Origin: an uncultured Rickettsiales bacterium
GTDB lineage: Bacteria; Pseudomonadota; Alphaproteobacteria; Rickettsiales; UBA1997
Assembly: GCA_951800555.1 (NCBI GenBank)
Contig: CATOJU010000001.1
Span: 1 to 28,629 of the forward strand
DNA: 28,629 bases
Direction: 5' to 3'
In this document: positions 1 to 9,385 of the stretch, one piece after another
Position numbering within the stretch: the first letter of the stretch is position 1
Layout: the number at the start of each line of letters is the position of its first letter
The notes under the pieces: generated by a model
Told to the model about the DNA's origin: nothing
Databases searched by the model: none
Seen by the model: the letters and a program-made list of their open reading frames with translations, nothing else
Position numbers and translations under genes: made by a program

Positions 1-35
1 AAACTTAACTTTTTTTTTAAAACTTCAAACATAAT

Positions 36-557
36 TTATTTACAAATTTTTAATAATTCTTCATATGCTTCATCAAAACCACTTAAAGAATATATGTCAA
101 TTAATCGTTTATCATTTATATATTCCACAGTAACACTAAAAAGAGTAGAATTTTTTAATTCTTTGATAATTTCCATATCGTCATTTAAATTATAGGCCCA
201 CGCTTTATCTTCATAAATAAAAATTGGAAATTTTCTTTTTGCTATGTCTAACTCTGCTCTAACTACTTTTTTATTCAAAATTTGTCCAAATGATAAATAT
301 ATTTCTGGCTTAATTTCTTCTCCTTTTTCCACTATTATATTAAAAAAAGACTGCCCTCTTTTATTAAAATTATCATATCTTTGCTGTGGAATTGAAACCA
401 TGTAACACAATAACTTTTTATGATTATTTGTTGTTTTAAATAAAACCCAATCACCAAATAATGCTACAGGTTCCCCTCCATAGCTATTAAAACTATAAAA
501 AAGATCGAATAATAAAAAAATTAAAATAAATAATATATTATTTCTTAATTTTTTCAT
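36..557 (-). CDS. Exported protein, invasion-associated locus B (IalB)-like family
   Basis: Hydrophobic N-terminal signal; FGDW near the mature N-terminus, CYMVS-P, WAYN and DIYSLSGFDEAY resemble alphaproteobacterial IalB-like proteins (recalled). Confidence 0.55.
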   Translation of the reverse strand: MKKLRNNILFILIFLLFDLFYSFNSYGGEPVALFGDWVLFKTTNNHKKLLCYMVSIPQQRYDNFNKRGQSFFNIIVEKGEEIKPEIYLSFGQILNKKVVRAELDIAKRKFPIFIYEDKAWAYNLNDDMEIIKELKNSTLFSVTVEYINDKRLIDIYSLSGFDEAYEELLKICK

Positions 558-581
558 ATCTTTATATTATTTATTAATTTT

Positions 582-734
582 CTAACCTTGAGAAACTTTG
601 TTTCTTGGATTTTTTTTATTAATTACTACTAAAACTGTCTTTTGAGAGCCATCTTTTCTACTCTTTTTTCTTCTAACAACTTTACAGTTTTTGTCTCTGT
701 TTTTACACATTTTTATTGATGCTGCAATTCTCAT
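582..734 (-). CDS. rpmJ: 50S ribosomal protein L36 (Zn-independent type, with insertion)
   Basis: True start is the ATG at 734 (MRIAASIK...VVRR...[16 protein letters not shown], 50 aa). The C-terminal VINK.NPR.K..QG is typical of L36. The ORF-track start at 773 overlaps the promoter/5' UTR. Confidence 0.9.
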   Translation of the reverse strand: MRIAASIKMCKNRDKNCKVVRRKKSRKDGSQKTVLVVINKKNPRNKVSQG

Positions 735-775
735 TGTATTTAAAAATTGTTGATAAAAATAATAGTTACACAATT

Positions 776-804
776 ATTATAGTATATAATAATTATTTTG
801 TCAA
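776..804 (-). promoter_or_regulatory. Consensus sigma70 promoter for rpmJ
   Basis: Minus strand TTGACA (804-799), 17 nt spacer, TATAAT (781-776), ending 41 nt upstream of the ATG at 734. Confidence 0.8.
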
Positions 805-974
805 TAGATTTTTGAAATTTAATATAGTTATATTTACTATTTATATAACATTATTTTCTTTTTAATTTATTTCAACATAAATCAGCATAAAAAATATAAA
901 AGCTCCTAATTCAAAAATAAAACTCAAATTTATATACTTCAAAAATCCCAGACTATCTGGATGTTTCGGGATAC

Positions 975-1011
975 AAAAAATAACCCATTAAAAATAAATG
1001 GGTTATTTTTT
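975..1011. terminator. Intrinsic terminator downstream of hup
   Basis: AAAAAATAACCCATT-AAAAATA-AATGGGTTATTTTTT inverted repeat with A/T tails, just after the hup stop codon. Confidence 0.75.
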
Positions 1012-1026
1012 ATTTTTTATAAAAAT

Positions 1027-1320
1027 TTATTTTCTTTTTTTAGAAGTACCTTTTATATCTTCTTTTAAATTTTTTCCAACAGAAAATTTAATTTTTCTAG
1101 AAGCTGGAATTTTAATTTCTTTACCAGTTTGTGGATTTCTACCAATTTTAGCTTTTGTATCTACAACGCTAAAAGTTCCAAATCCAATTAAAGTAATTTT
1201 TTCACCTTTTTTTAAAGCCTTTTTTACATTATCTATAAATGTATCAACTAACAAACCTGCATCTTTTTGTAAAAAACCTGTTTGTTCTGCTATCGCTTTA
1301 ACTAAATCAATCTTATGCAT
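1027..1320 (-). CDS. hup: DNA-binding protein HU
   Basis: KITLIGFGTF...IGRNPQTGKEIKIPA..IKFSVGKNLK, the HU/IHF signature. Confidence 0.95.
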   Translation of the reverse strand: MHKIDLVKAIAEQTGFLQKDAGLLVDTFIDNVKKALKKGEKITLIGFGTFSVVDTKAKIGRNPQTGKEIKIPASRKIKFSVGKNLKEDIKGTSKKRK

Positions 1321-1520
1321 AATTTTTATATATTTAATTAATAAATTAGTCTAATATGACTAGTAAGTTCATTTTAAAAATTAATTCAAATAAATCAATA
1401 TTTATTTATAAAATATTAAATACAATAAAAAAAATTAATATTTACTATACGACAAATAAAGTATTTTTATATATTTTTTGTATAGTTTTTAATTTTTTAT
1501 ATTTTTTTCATATACATTTA

Positions 1521-2987
1521 TTATTTTAAACTATTACCTATATTATTAATCGCGTCAATAATTTCAGGATTATTTTCCATTTCTGCTTTAATTTTATTAA
1601 CCGCGTGTATAACTGTAGCGTGATTTTTGTTACTAAATTTTTTTGCTATATCCGGAAAACTTTTATTTGTAAGATTTTTACTTAAAAACATCGCTATATG
1701 TCTAGCAAGTACAAGATTTTTTACTCTTTTTTCAGATTTCAAATCATCTAAAGATATATCAAAATATTCAGCCACTTTTTTTTGTATAGCTTCAATAGTA
1801 ACACTTTTTTTAGCTTGGCTTAAATTATCGCATAAAATATCTTCAATATTTTCTCTTTTAATTTCGATATGCATAATATCTTGATTTATTTTTAATCTTT
1901 TCAAACAACCTTCAATTTCCCTACAGTTTGTATTAATATTCTCAGCAATAAATTCCGGTAAACCTTTTGAAAGATTTAAATTTAAATCACTAGCTTTTTT
2001 TTTAATAAGATCAAGTCTTAATTGATAATCCGCTTCTTTAATATCTATAATCAATCCACCATTTAATCTAGATTTTAATTTTTCATCAAGATTTTCCAAA
2101 TAAACAGGTGATCTATCACAGGCTAAAATTATTTGTTTTTGTTCACTAATTAAAGTATCAAATGTATAAAAAAACTCTTTTTGGGTTTTATCTTTTCCAA
2201 CTATAAATTGTATATCATCTATTATTAAAGTATCAACATTTCTAAATCTATTTTTAAAATCATTTATATTTTGATTCTGCAAAGCTTGAATAAATAAATA
2301 CATAAATCTTTCTGCCGATAAATATATTATTTGTTTATCATTATTCTCTTTTAATTTCCAAGCTACAGCTTGACATAAATGGGTTTTTCCAAGACCAACA
2401 TCACCATATAAAAATAATGGATTTACACCAAAATTTATATCTTTATTTTCTACTAATCCTTTGCATATTTGATATGCCAATTTATTCGATTGTCCAACAA
2501 CAAAATTTTCAAATGTATATTTTTCGTTTAATTCAGTTCCAATATTAAATAAATTATCATTTTTCGATAGACTAATTACTTTATTTTCAAAAGAATCATT
2601 ATTATTAGTATTACTACTAATAGTATTATTTATTTCATTAATTACTTCAACATTTTTATCAATTATAATTTCATAAGAAACTAAATTTGGAAAAAAATCT
2701 AATAAAATTTGTTTTATTCCTTTTCTTAAGCAAACTTGTTCGCCATTAATTTTTTTAAAAACACCATTAAAATACTCTCTTTTAATCCAATCTCTTACAA
2801 AATTTGTAGGAACAGACATAACTATTTCAAATTCACTTAAGCTATACAAATTTAAGTTTGATATCCAAGCTTTATAGACATCTTCTCCAAATTCTTTATA
2901 AAAAGATTTTACAACTTGCGCCCACTTTTCTTCTTTAGACACAAAATTACTATTATCAATAAAATCCTTATTGCCTATAATTGACAT
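1521..2987 (-). CDS. dnaA: Chromosomal replication initiator DnaA
   Basis: YTFENFVVGQSN, NPLFLYGDVGLGKTHL (Walker A), IIDDIQF, NCREIEG, and domain IV ARHIAMFL...NHATVIHA. Confidence 0.98.
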   Translation of the reverse strand: MSIIGNKDFIDNSNFVSKEEKWAQVVKSFYKEFGEDVYKAWISNLNLYSLSEFEIVMSVPTNFVRDWIKREYFNGVFKKINGEQVCLRKGIKQILLDFFPNLVSYEIIIDKNVEVINEINNTISSNTNNNDSFENKVISLSKNDNLFNIGTELNEKYTFENFVVGQSNKLAYQICKGLVENKDINFGVNPLFLYGDVGLGKTHLCQAVAWKLKENNDKQIIYLSAERFMYLFIQALQNQNINDFKNRFRNVDTLIIDDIQFIVGKDKTQKEFFYTFDTLISEQKQIILACDRSPVYLENLDEKLKSRLNGGLIIDIKEADYQLRLDLIKKKASDLNLNLSKGLPEFIAENINTNCREIEGCLKRLKINQDIMHIEIKRENIEDILCDNLSQAKKSVTIEAIQKKVAEYFDISLDDLKSEKRVKNLVLARHIAMFLSKNLTNKSFPDIAKKFSNKNHATVIHAVNKIKAEMENNPEIIDAINNIGNSLK

Positions 2988-3028
2988 AAAATATTATTAT
3001 TTGTTTTTAATAAAAATTCATATGTTAT

Positions 3029-3057
3029 ATTATATATATAAAATTTAAAATAGTAAA
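3029..3057 (-). promoter_or_regulatory. Candidate sigma70 promoter for dnaA
   Basis: Minus strand TTTACT (3057-3052), 17 nt spacer, TATAAT (3034-3029). The AT-rich context lowers certainty. Confidence 0.5.
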
Positions 3058-3368
3058 GTACATTTTTTTTAAAAAAAGTAATTTTTTTGCTTGACAACTT
3101 TTTATTCTTGAAAATCAATAAATATGGTTTTTATTGAAAAATAAAGAAAAATTTGACATAAAATTGTTGATTTTTTCTTTTTTTTGAAGGTTAATTTTGA
3201 CTTAATGTTTTAAAATTTTAACCAAAATTTTTTAAATTTTTATTAAGAAGTTATTATTTTTTTATCAAAAAAAATTTTTAATTTTCGAAATTTCTATTTT
3301 TTAAAAAATATAAAAAATAAAATCTGCCAAATATGCCTGAAAAAATCAACAAATTAGCAATCGTAAAT

Positions 3369-6302
3369 CTAAAAAAGAATCCCTTCAACCTTAGAATTAT
3401 TCAATTCACAATATTTTAAAATATCATCCAATCTTTCATTATTACTTTTTTTCAAATAAAATGTATTATCATCTAAAATAGCATAATGCCAAACAGAGTT
3501 CATTCTATCATCACTAGAAAGTTGATTTATTTTTTTAATCCAATCTAATGCCCCTCTTTGTTTTTGAATAACATTTTCTTGATTGATATCTTTACGAGCT
3601 TTTGTTTCTACTAAATAAATATTATCAGCAATTTTAACTATAAAATCTGGATAATAGGAAGAAAACATTCCATCACTTCTAATATATCTAAGACTTGCGA
3701 AAGTATGATAATTTTCATTAATTTTTAATAATTTTTCAACTTCACTATCCGCATCGGCAAATAACAAAAATTCTCTTTCAAATTCACCTTTATTTGATGG
3801 ATATGCAGTTTTTTTATAAATTGATTTAGTAATATCTAAACAAAAATTTTTTCTCATTTTTAAAGTTTTAACTTCTGAAAAATATTTCTTTATTACTATT
3901 GCATCTTCAACTTCAATATTATTTTGTAAATTATTAATTACTTTGCTAATTTCTTTAATAATATGTTCAATTATATTAATTTTATTTAACATTAAAATTC
4001 TCCAATTATTACCTTCCATTGGATTAAAAGGTTGCCCAAATAATTTATTTCTTATATATTCATCAATTACACCCATTAAATAATTTTGATTTACCTGTAA
4101 AGTTGGAAAGTCTTTAATCGAATGCAAAGATAAATGTCCAATATTACTTGAAATAATCTGTATAATTTTACTTAAAAATTCATTATAACTTCTAGTATCA
4201 AATAAATTAGCATTAACTTTATATTCACCAAATATTGTTTTTACTAACATTTCCTGCGATAAAAATATTTCTCCATCATCTTTATCCAAAAAACCTTTTA
4301 ATTGTTCCAATGTAAATCCATCAAGTTTTTCAAGATTTTTAACACTCAAATTTTCAGTAGTTAAAAGTTCTTCTTTATCTCTAACTATTATAGGAATATA
4401 AAAATCATAATCTTCATAATTTTCCTTTAAATCAACCGTAATAATATCTCCAAGAACATTTTCTCTTTTTATTTCTTCCTTTTCTTCATATATTAAATCA
4501 TCATCAAGATCTTCATAAAATTGAATATAGGCTGGATGTTCTACAATATGCAATATGTCATAGTAACTACTAGGTTCCTGTTTTAAATTAAGCATTTTAT
4601 GACGATCTTCTGCTTTAATTTCAATATACTCTGGTTCTCGCCACATAAGTCTTAACCCTCTACCTATAACTTGCTCTAATAATATAGGAGCCTGTGAAGA
4701 CCTTAATGGAACAATTACACAAATATTATTTACATCAAACCCCTCTCTCAACATAAGAACTGATACAATAACTTTCGGAGATTCCTTTTTATCTATTGCA
4801 AATAAATCTTGTTTAACTTTTGCCCAATCTTCTTGATTAATAGATCCTTTTTTATTAGAATCTATCTGTATAACATCATTTTCATTAACTCCATTTTGTA
4901 TTAAAAATTCCACAACTAGTGGCGACACTTTAGTATCTTCACATACAACTAACATTTTAGGATGTTTATACTGACTAACCTTTGTAAATTCATTTTCCAA
5001 TAATTCTAAACGTGCAAGTCCAGCCTTTAACATCAACCGCTGTCCTTTAGATAATCCAATAACTTCATTCCCATCTCTAATTGCTTTAAAATCTAAATCT
5101 TCATTTGGCAATGATGCAATTTCCTTTCTTTTATCAATAGCTATTACCTTAACTAAACCAGCTTTAATAGCCAAATTTAATCCATAATCAACTATTATAT
5201 GTGGAAAATAATGTTTTATTTTTTTATTACCTGAACCCACTGCATCATAAGGAGTTGCCGAAAAGTCTATTTGAATAAAATTATTTTCTTTATTTTTTGA
5301 TATATAATTTAATGCTTTTTGCCATTCAACTTCTAAAATAGCATCAGCACTTTTATTTTCGTGAATATGATGAGCTTCATCATTAAAAACACAAATATTT
5401 GGCAATGACTGCAAATATTCAAGTTCTCCACCATTTAAAAAATTATTATCTAGACTATCCAAAGAATGTCCAGATGTTGTTCCTGGTTTAATTGGTAAAA
5501 GATCATTTACAATTTTACTCGGATTTTTTAAAGGTGAAACATCGGTATCCAAATCTTTAATACCTTCCTCTTCTCTTTCAATATCATCGGCACCCATTAA
5601 TTTATGCCAATTCAATATAACAATAATAGCATCACTAGTAATTTTTTTACCTATCTCTTCTTTTTTAACAACATTATTTTGTACGAAATTAAAAACAGCA
5701 TCCCTATATTTTTCTGGTATAAAAATATCTTGATTTCGTTTCAAATCAGATGTTTCAAAATTCCTAATTCCATTAATATCCTCCTTTCCCAAAAAAGAAT
5801 CCAACAATCTATCATAAACAATTAAACCAGGTGCTATAAATAAAAAATTTTTAGTAAAAGAACAAAGTTTATTTTCATTATATTTAGCGTTCAAATATTG
5901 CCAAAGAAAAATAGCATTCATACACCAAGTTTTACCTGTTCCTGTAGCCATTTTTACACAATATTTAGGATAAAAAAACTTTTCTTTATTAATACATTTT
6001 AAAAAATTATCATCAACAATTCCATTACCTATAGCCTGATACATTTCAATAACAGATTTAGTTTTCAATATTTCATAGCAATAAATTACATTCAAAATAG
6101 CCTGCTTTTGCCCTTTATGAAAATTAACACTTCTTTCATCACAAAATGTTGGTGAAAACCAAAACCTTAATAAATCTTGTGTTATTGGACTAACTTTTTG
6201 AATAAAACTTCCATTCTCCCACTCTTCATTAACAATAGCAGTAAGCTGTTTTGCAAACTGCAATGGAATATTATTAGTTCCTAAATTAACTGAATTTGAC
6301 AT
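3369..6302 (-). CDS. res: Type III restriction enzyme Res subunit (SF2 helicase plus PD-(D/E)xK nuclease)
   Basis: KMATGTGKT, FNDEAHH, FSATP, VLMLREGFD, EQVIGRGLR, and C-terminal YYPDFIV...LVETK. Starts 1 nt after the mod stop. Confidence 0.9.
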   Translation of the reverse strand: MSNSVNLGTNNIPLQFAKQLTAIVNEEWENGSFIQKVSPITQDLLRFWFSPTFCDERSVNFHKGQKQAILNVIYCYEILKTKSVIEMYQAIGNGIVDDNFLKCINKEKFFYPKYCVKMATGTGKTWCMNAIFLWQYLNAKYNENKLCSFTKNFLFIAPGLIVYDRLLDSFLGKEDINGIRNFETSDLKRNQDIFIPEKYRDAVFNFVQNNVVKKEEIGKKITSDAIIVILNWHKLMGADDIEREEEGIKDLDTDVSPLKNPSKIVNDLLPIKPGTTSGHSLDSLDNNFLNGGELEYLQSLPNICVFNDEAHHIHENKSADAILEVEWQKALNYISKNKENNFIQIDFSATPYDAVGSGNKKIKHYFPHIIVDYGLNLAIKAGLVKVIAIDKRKEIASLPNEDLDFKAIRDGNEVIGLSKGQRLMLKAGLARLELLENEFTKVSQYKHPKMLVVCEDTKVSPLVVEFLIQNGVNENDVIQIDSNKKGSINQEDWAKVKQDLFAIDKKESPKVIVSVLMLREGFDVNNICVIVPLRSSQAPILLEQVIGRGLRLMWREPEYIEIKAEDRHKMLNLKQEPSSYYDILHIVEHPAYIQFYEDLDDDLIYEEKEEIKRENVLGDIITVDLKENYEDYDFYIPIIVRDKEELLTTENLSVKNLEKLDGFTLEQLKGFLDKDDGEIFLSQEMLVKTIFGEYKVNANLFDTRSYNEFLSKIIQIISSNIGHLSLHSIKDFPTLQVNQNYLMGVIDEYIRNKLFGQPFNPMEGNNWRILMLNKINIIEHIIKEISKVINNLQNNIEVEDAIVIKKYFSEVKTLKMRKNFCLDITKSIYKKTAYPSNKGEFEREFLLFADADSEVEKLLKINENYHTFASLRYIRSDGMFSSYYPDFIVKIADNIYLVETKARKDINQENVIQKQRGALDWIKKINQLSSDDRMNSVWHYAILDDNTFYLKKSNNERLDDILKYCELNNSKVEGILF

Positions 6303-6303
6303 A

Positions 6304-8324
6304 TTAAATCTCCTTTACAACATTACTTTCAAAACCAAATACATCAACTGCTTTAACACAAATCTTTCTTTTACAATTGTTGCATCTTGGAATTACAATT
6401 TTAGCGACATTAGATACCCTCAACTCATCATTATTAATAAATGTATTTTCTCTATAATCTTGCCATCTACTTCTAAAAGTTTTTCCATCATAATTTGGAT
6501 CAACACTCCAATATTCAATCAAGGCCAAAGGTTCTTTAGCTATTATTTCTTGCAATACTTGTTTATTTTTATCATCCAAAGGTACTATATCCGGCGATGT
6601 TAATACATAATTATCCAACTCAACTTGCAATTCTTCTTCATTATCAGATATCTGTTTAATAATAGGATCTTTTATTGTCAGATATTGTAAAGAAGAAAAA
6701 CGAATATCTTTATTTTTTACCAATTTTTCATAACCATTATTTTTACTTAACTGCGACAATAAATCTGGTGGTATAACTAAAACTTCTAATTCATTTTTGT
6801 CATATTGCTTTACAAGCTCTGCAATATTAAAAACAAAATTCCAACCCAATACTATAACTTTATTCCAACCACCACAAAAATTATTTTTTAATTCGAATGC
6901 TTTATTTAAAGTTGCTTTACCTGTTGCTTTATTAGGACTATCCACGAAAACTAATGTTCTTCCATTATCCTTTTTTCCTAAATTCTGCGGAGCATTCATT
7001 TCCAAAAATGGTGTAGCACCAAATAAACCTAGGACTACTTGAGATAAATCCCCCACCCTTTTAAATTCTTTATTATTAGCAAAACTTTCTTTTTGATAAT
7101 CACCTATTGATTGGTAAAGAAACGGCTTAGCCTCTTGATCGATCAATCTTTTTCTCATTATCATAGTTGCTGGTTTACCAAGATCTGACATAATCCATTT
7201 TCTTCCTAACGATTCAGCTACTGCTCCAGTAGTGCCAGATCCAGCAAAAAAGTCAGCAACTATGGAATTTTCATCGCTACTTGCTTTTATAATTCTTTCT
7301 AAAAGTTTTTCTGGTTTTTGGGTAGCATAACCTACTACTTCTGGATTTCTTCCGTGTGAAATATTAGAAATATCATTCCATAAAGAACCAACAGCTAATT
7401 TGAATTCATCTAAATAATATTTTTTATATTCTTGCCCAGTAGATGTTATATGAATTAAATTTTGCTGTCGCATTTCTTCAATAGTTTTTTCTATATAACC
7501 GCCTAATGTAACAATTTTATATTTTCTTCCATTATTTTCACTATATCTAAATTCTTTTAATTGTGTATAAGTTAAATCATCACCTTCTACATATTGTTGA
7601 AAATATTGCATATTTTTAGTCTTTGAATAAAGATAAATATTATCTATTTCCCTCGAATATTGTGCTGATGTTTTTTTAGCACCCTTTCCCACTGCATCAC
7701 GAGTCCAAACAATTTCATTCCTAAAATTTTCCCTACCAAATATTTCATCCATCATCACTTTTACATAATGACCTACATGCCAATCCAAGTGCACATAAAT
7801 ACTACCTTTATCACTTAATAATTCCTTCATTAAACACAATCTAGGATACATCATTTTTAAATAACTAATTGTCCCATCCTTCCAAGTATCTGAATAAGCA
7901 AATTGCTCTAGAACCGTAGCATTTAAATTAATGTCAATATTTTTTAAATTATTACCCCCCCCCCACAAATTGCAGGCAGCTTTATTTTAGTACGGTAATC
8001 TGCTTTCGAATCGTATGGTGGATCAATATAAATCAGGTCAATTTTTCCTCTCATTGATGGTAGTCCTGTTGATTCATCTCCTGTTAATAATGCTTGCATA
8101 ACCATTAAATTATCGCCATAACAGAGACGATTTAGCCAATTATGGCTACCTAGATCTTGGCATTCACCAGTAAATAAATTTTGACCTTTTGCAGTTGGTA
8201 ATACATATTCATTTGTCTGTAATAACATTTTATTGTTGCTTTCTAGTCTACCTAGTATTTTGGCAACCTCTTTTTTACCGTCAGATACTACTTCTGGTAA
8301 TAATTCAATTAGAGATTTAGACAT
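6304..8324 (-). CDS. mod: Type III R-M Mod (N6-adenine MTase), split by a frameshift at a G10 tract (candidate phase-OFF allele)
   Basis: 5' part from ATG 8324 (MSKSLIELL...YGDNL..M...[10 protein letters not shown]). 3' part (track ORF 6304-7968) has [33 protein letters not shown] and [12 protein letters not shown]. The two frames meet at C10 (7955-7964 on +). Confidence 0.9.
7955..7964 (-). repeat. G10 homopolymer (simple sequence repeat) inside mod
   Basis: + strand ATTA-CCCCCCCCCC-ACAAAT; the only long G/C run seen in this AT-rich window. Confidence 0.9.
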
Positions 8325-8485
8325 AACATTAACACTTTCCCCTATAATTTTTATATGTAAGGATATTATTTTTATAATTATAAGAATCAAGAAAATTTTT
8401 ATTACTATTTACAAATTTGTTGATGTAATTATTTTATACTTTTTAATTTTTACTATTTTTATAGATTAATTATAAATCTACTTAA

Positions 8486-8959
8486 TCTTTAATTTTCCAT
8501 TATTTATGTCATTCCAGATTAGAATTACTTTGATAATTTATTGTCTAGTAATTCTTAATGTGGAATTGGGTTAATAGTGTCATTCCAAATTAGATTTTCT
8601 TGTAAGCTTGCCTTACTAGAAAATCTTAATGTGGAAAACAAGGCAGGAAAATGATATGCTTGCATAATCATTTTAGCTTGTCGTCCTGCCGCAGTTTGCC
8701 GGAACGAAGTGGAGGAATCTAGTAATATAAAATGTGTTAAATATAGAAAAATTACTAAACTTTTTTGTATTTATTCTTTAATTTTCCATTATTTATGTCA
8801 TTCCAGATTAGAATTACTTGATAATTTATTGTCTAGTAATTCTTAATGTGGAATTGGGTTAATAATGTCATTCCAAATTAGATTTTCTTGTAAGCTTGCC
8901 TTACTAGAAAATCTTAATGTGGAATCTAGTAATATAAAAGGTGTTAAATATAGAAAAAT
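8486..8959 (+). repeat. Tandem direct repeat, two copies (8486-8752 and 8775-8959), the second lacking an 81-bp segment
   Basis: Near-identical TCTTTAATTTTCCATTATTTATGTCATTCCAG...CTTAATGTGGAA (151/150 bp), followed by TCTAGTAATATAAAA(T/G)GTGTTAAATATAGAAAAAT. Copy 1 has the extra 8637-8717. Confidence 0.9.
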
Positions 8960-9237
8960 ATTTTATAGGTTTTTTATATTATAGAATATAAAAAATTATT
9001 AATATTCTTTTTTTTATTAAAGTAATTTATTACTAGATTCCTCCACTTCGTTCCGGCAAACTGCGGCAGGACGACAAGCTAAAATGATTATGCAAGCATA
9101 TCATTTTCCTGCCTTGTTTTCCACATTAAGAATTTCTAAATAAACAAGTTTATTAAGAATTTCTAATCTGGAATGACATAAATAATGGAAAATTAATAAA
9201 ATAAATATACTTACAAGAAAACATAATCTGGAATGAC
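8508..9237. repeat. Cluster of GTCATTCCA...TGGAAT(CTAG) palindromic elements (dRS3/RPE-like)
   Basis: GTCATTCCA starts at 8508, 8579, 8797 and 8867; reverse copies TGGAATGAC end at 9177 and 9237; variant GTCGTCCTG...GGAATCTAG at 8680-8722. The complete units close long hairpins. Confidence 0.7.
8624..9131. repeat. Perfect 104-bp inverted repeat (8624-8727 / 9028-9131)
   Basis: 9028-9131 (TATTACTAGATTCCTCCACTTCG...CCACATTAAGA) is the reverse complement of 8624-8727. Confidence 0.9.
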
Positions 9238-9385
9238 ACAAATAAAGGGAAATCAAAAAAAATAATAAACATAATAAAAATATAAAGATAAAAGGTAGGC
9301 AATCCCCAACTTAATAAAAAAATACTTTAATTTTAAAATCAAACATTTATTATTATTAATTAATAATATATTTACAAAATTATCA

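Noticed and set aside
3191-3205. CtrA box TTAA-N7-TTAA
   Set aside because: A single match is expected by chance at this AT content.
2988-3368. oriC upstream of dnaA
   Set aside because: AT-rich, but no DnaA boxes (TTATCCACA-like) were found by eye.
7944-8390. Two separate methyltransferase genes, and the track starts at 8390 and 7968
   Set aside because: The halves carry complementary motifs (DPPY versus FAGSGTT) of a single Mod; the real start is ATG 8324, and the TTG at 7968 is an artefact of the frameshift.
8486-9250. CRISPR array
   Set aside because: The repeats are nested, in both orientations and irregularly spaced; the 'spacers' are self-complementary and duplicated; no cas genes are present.
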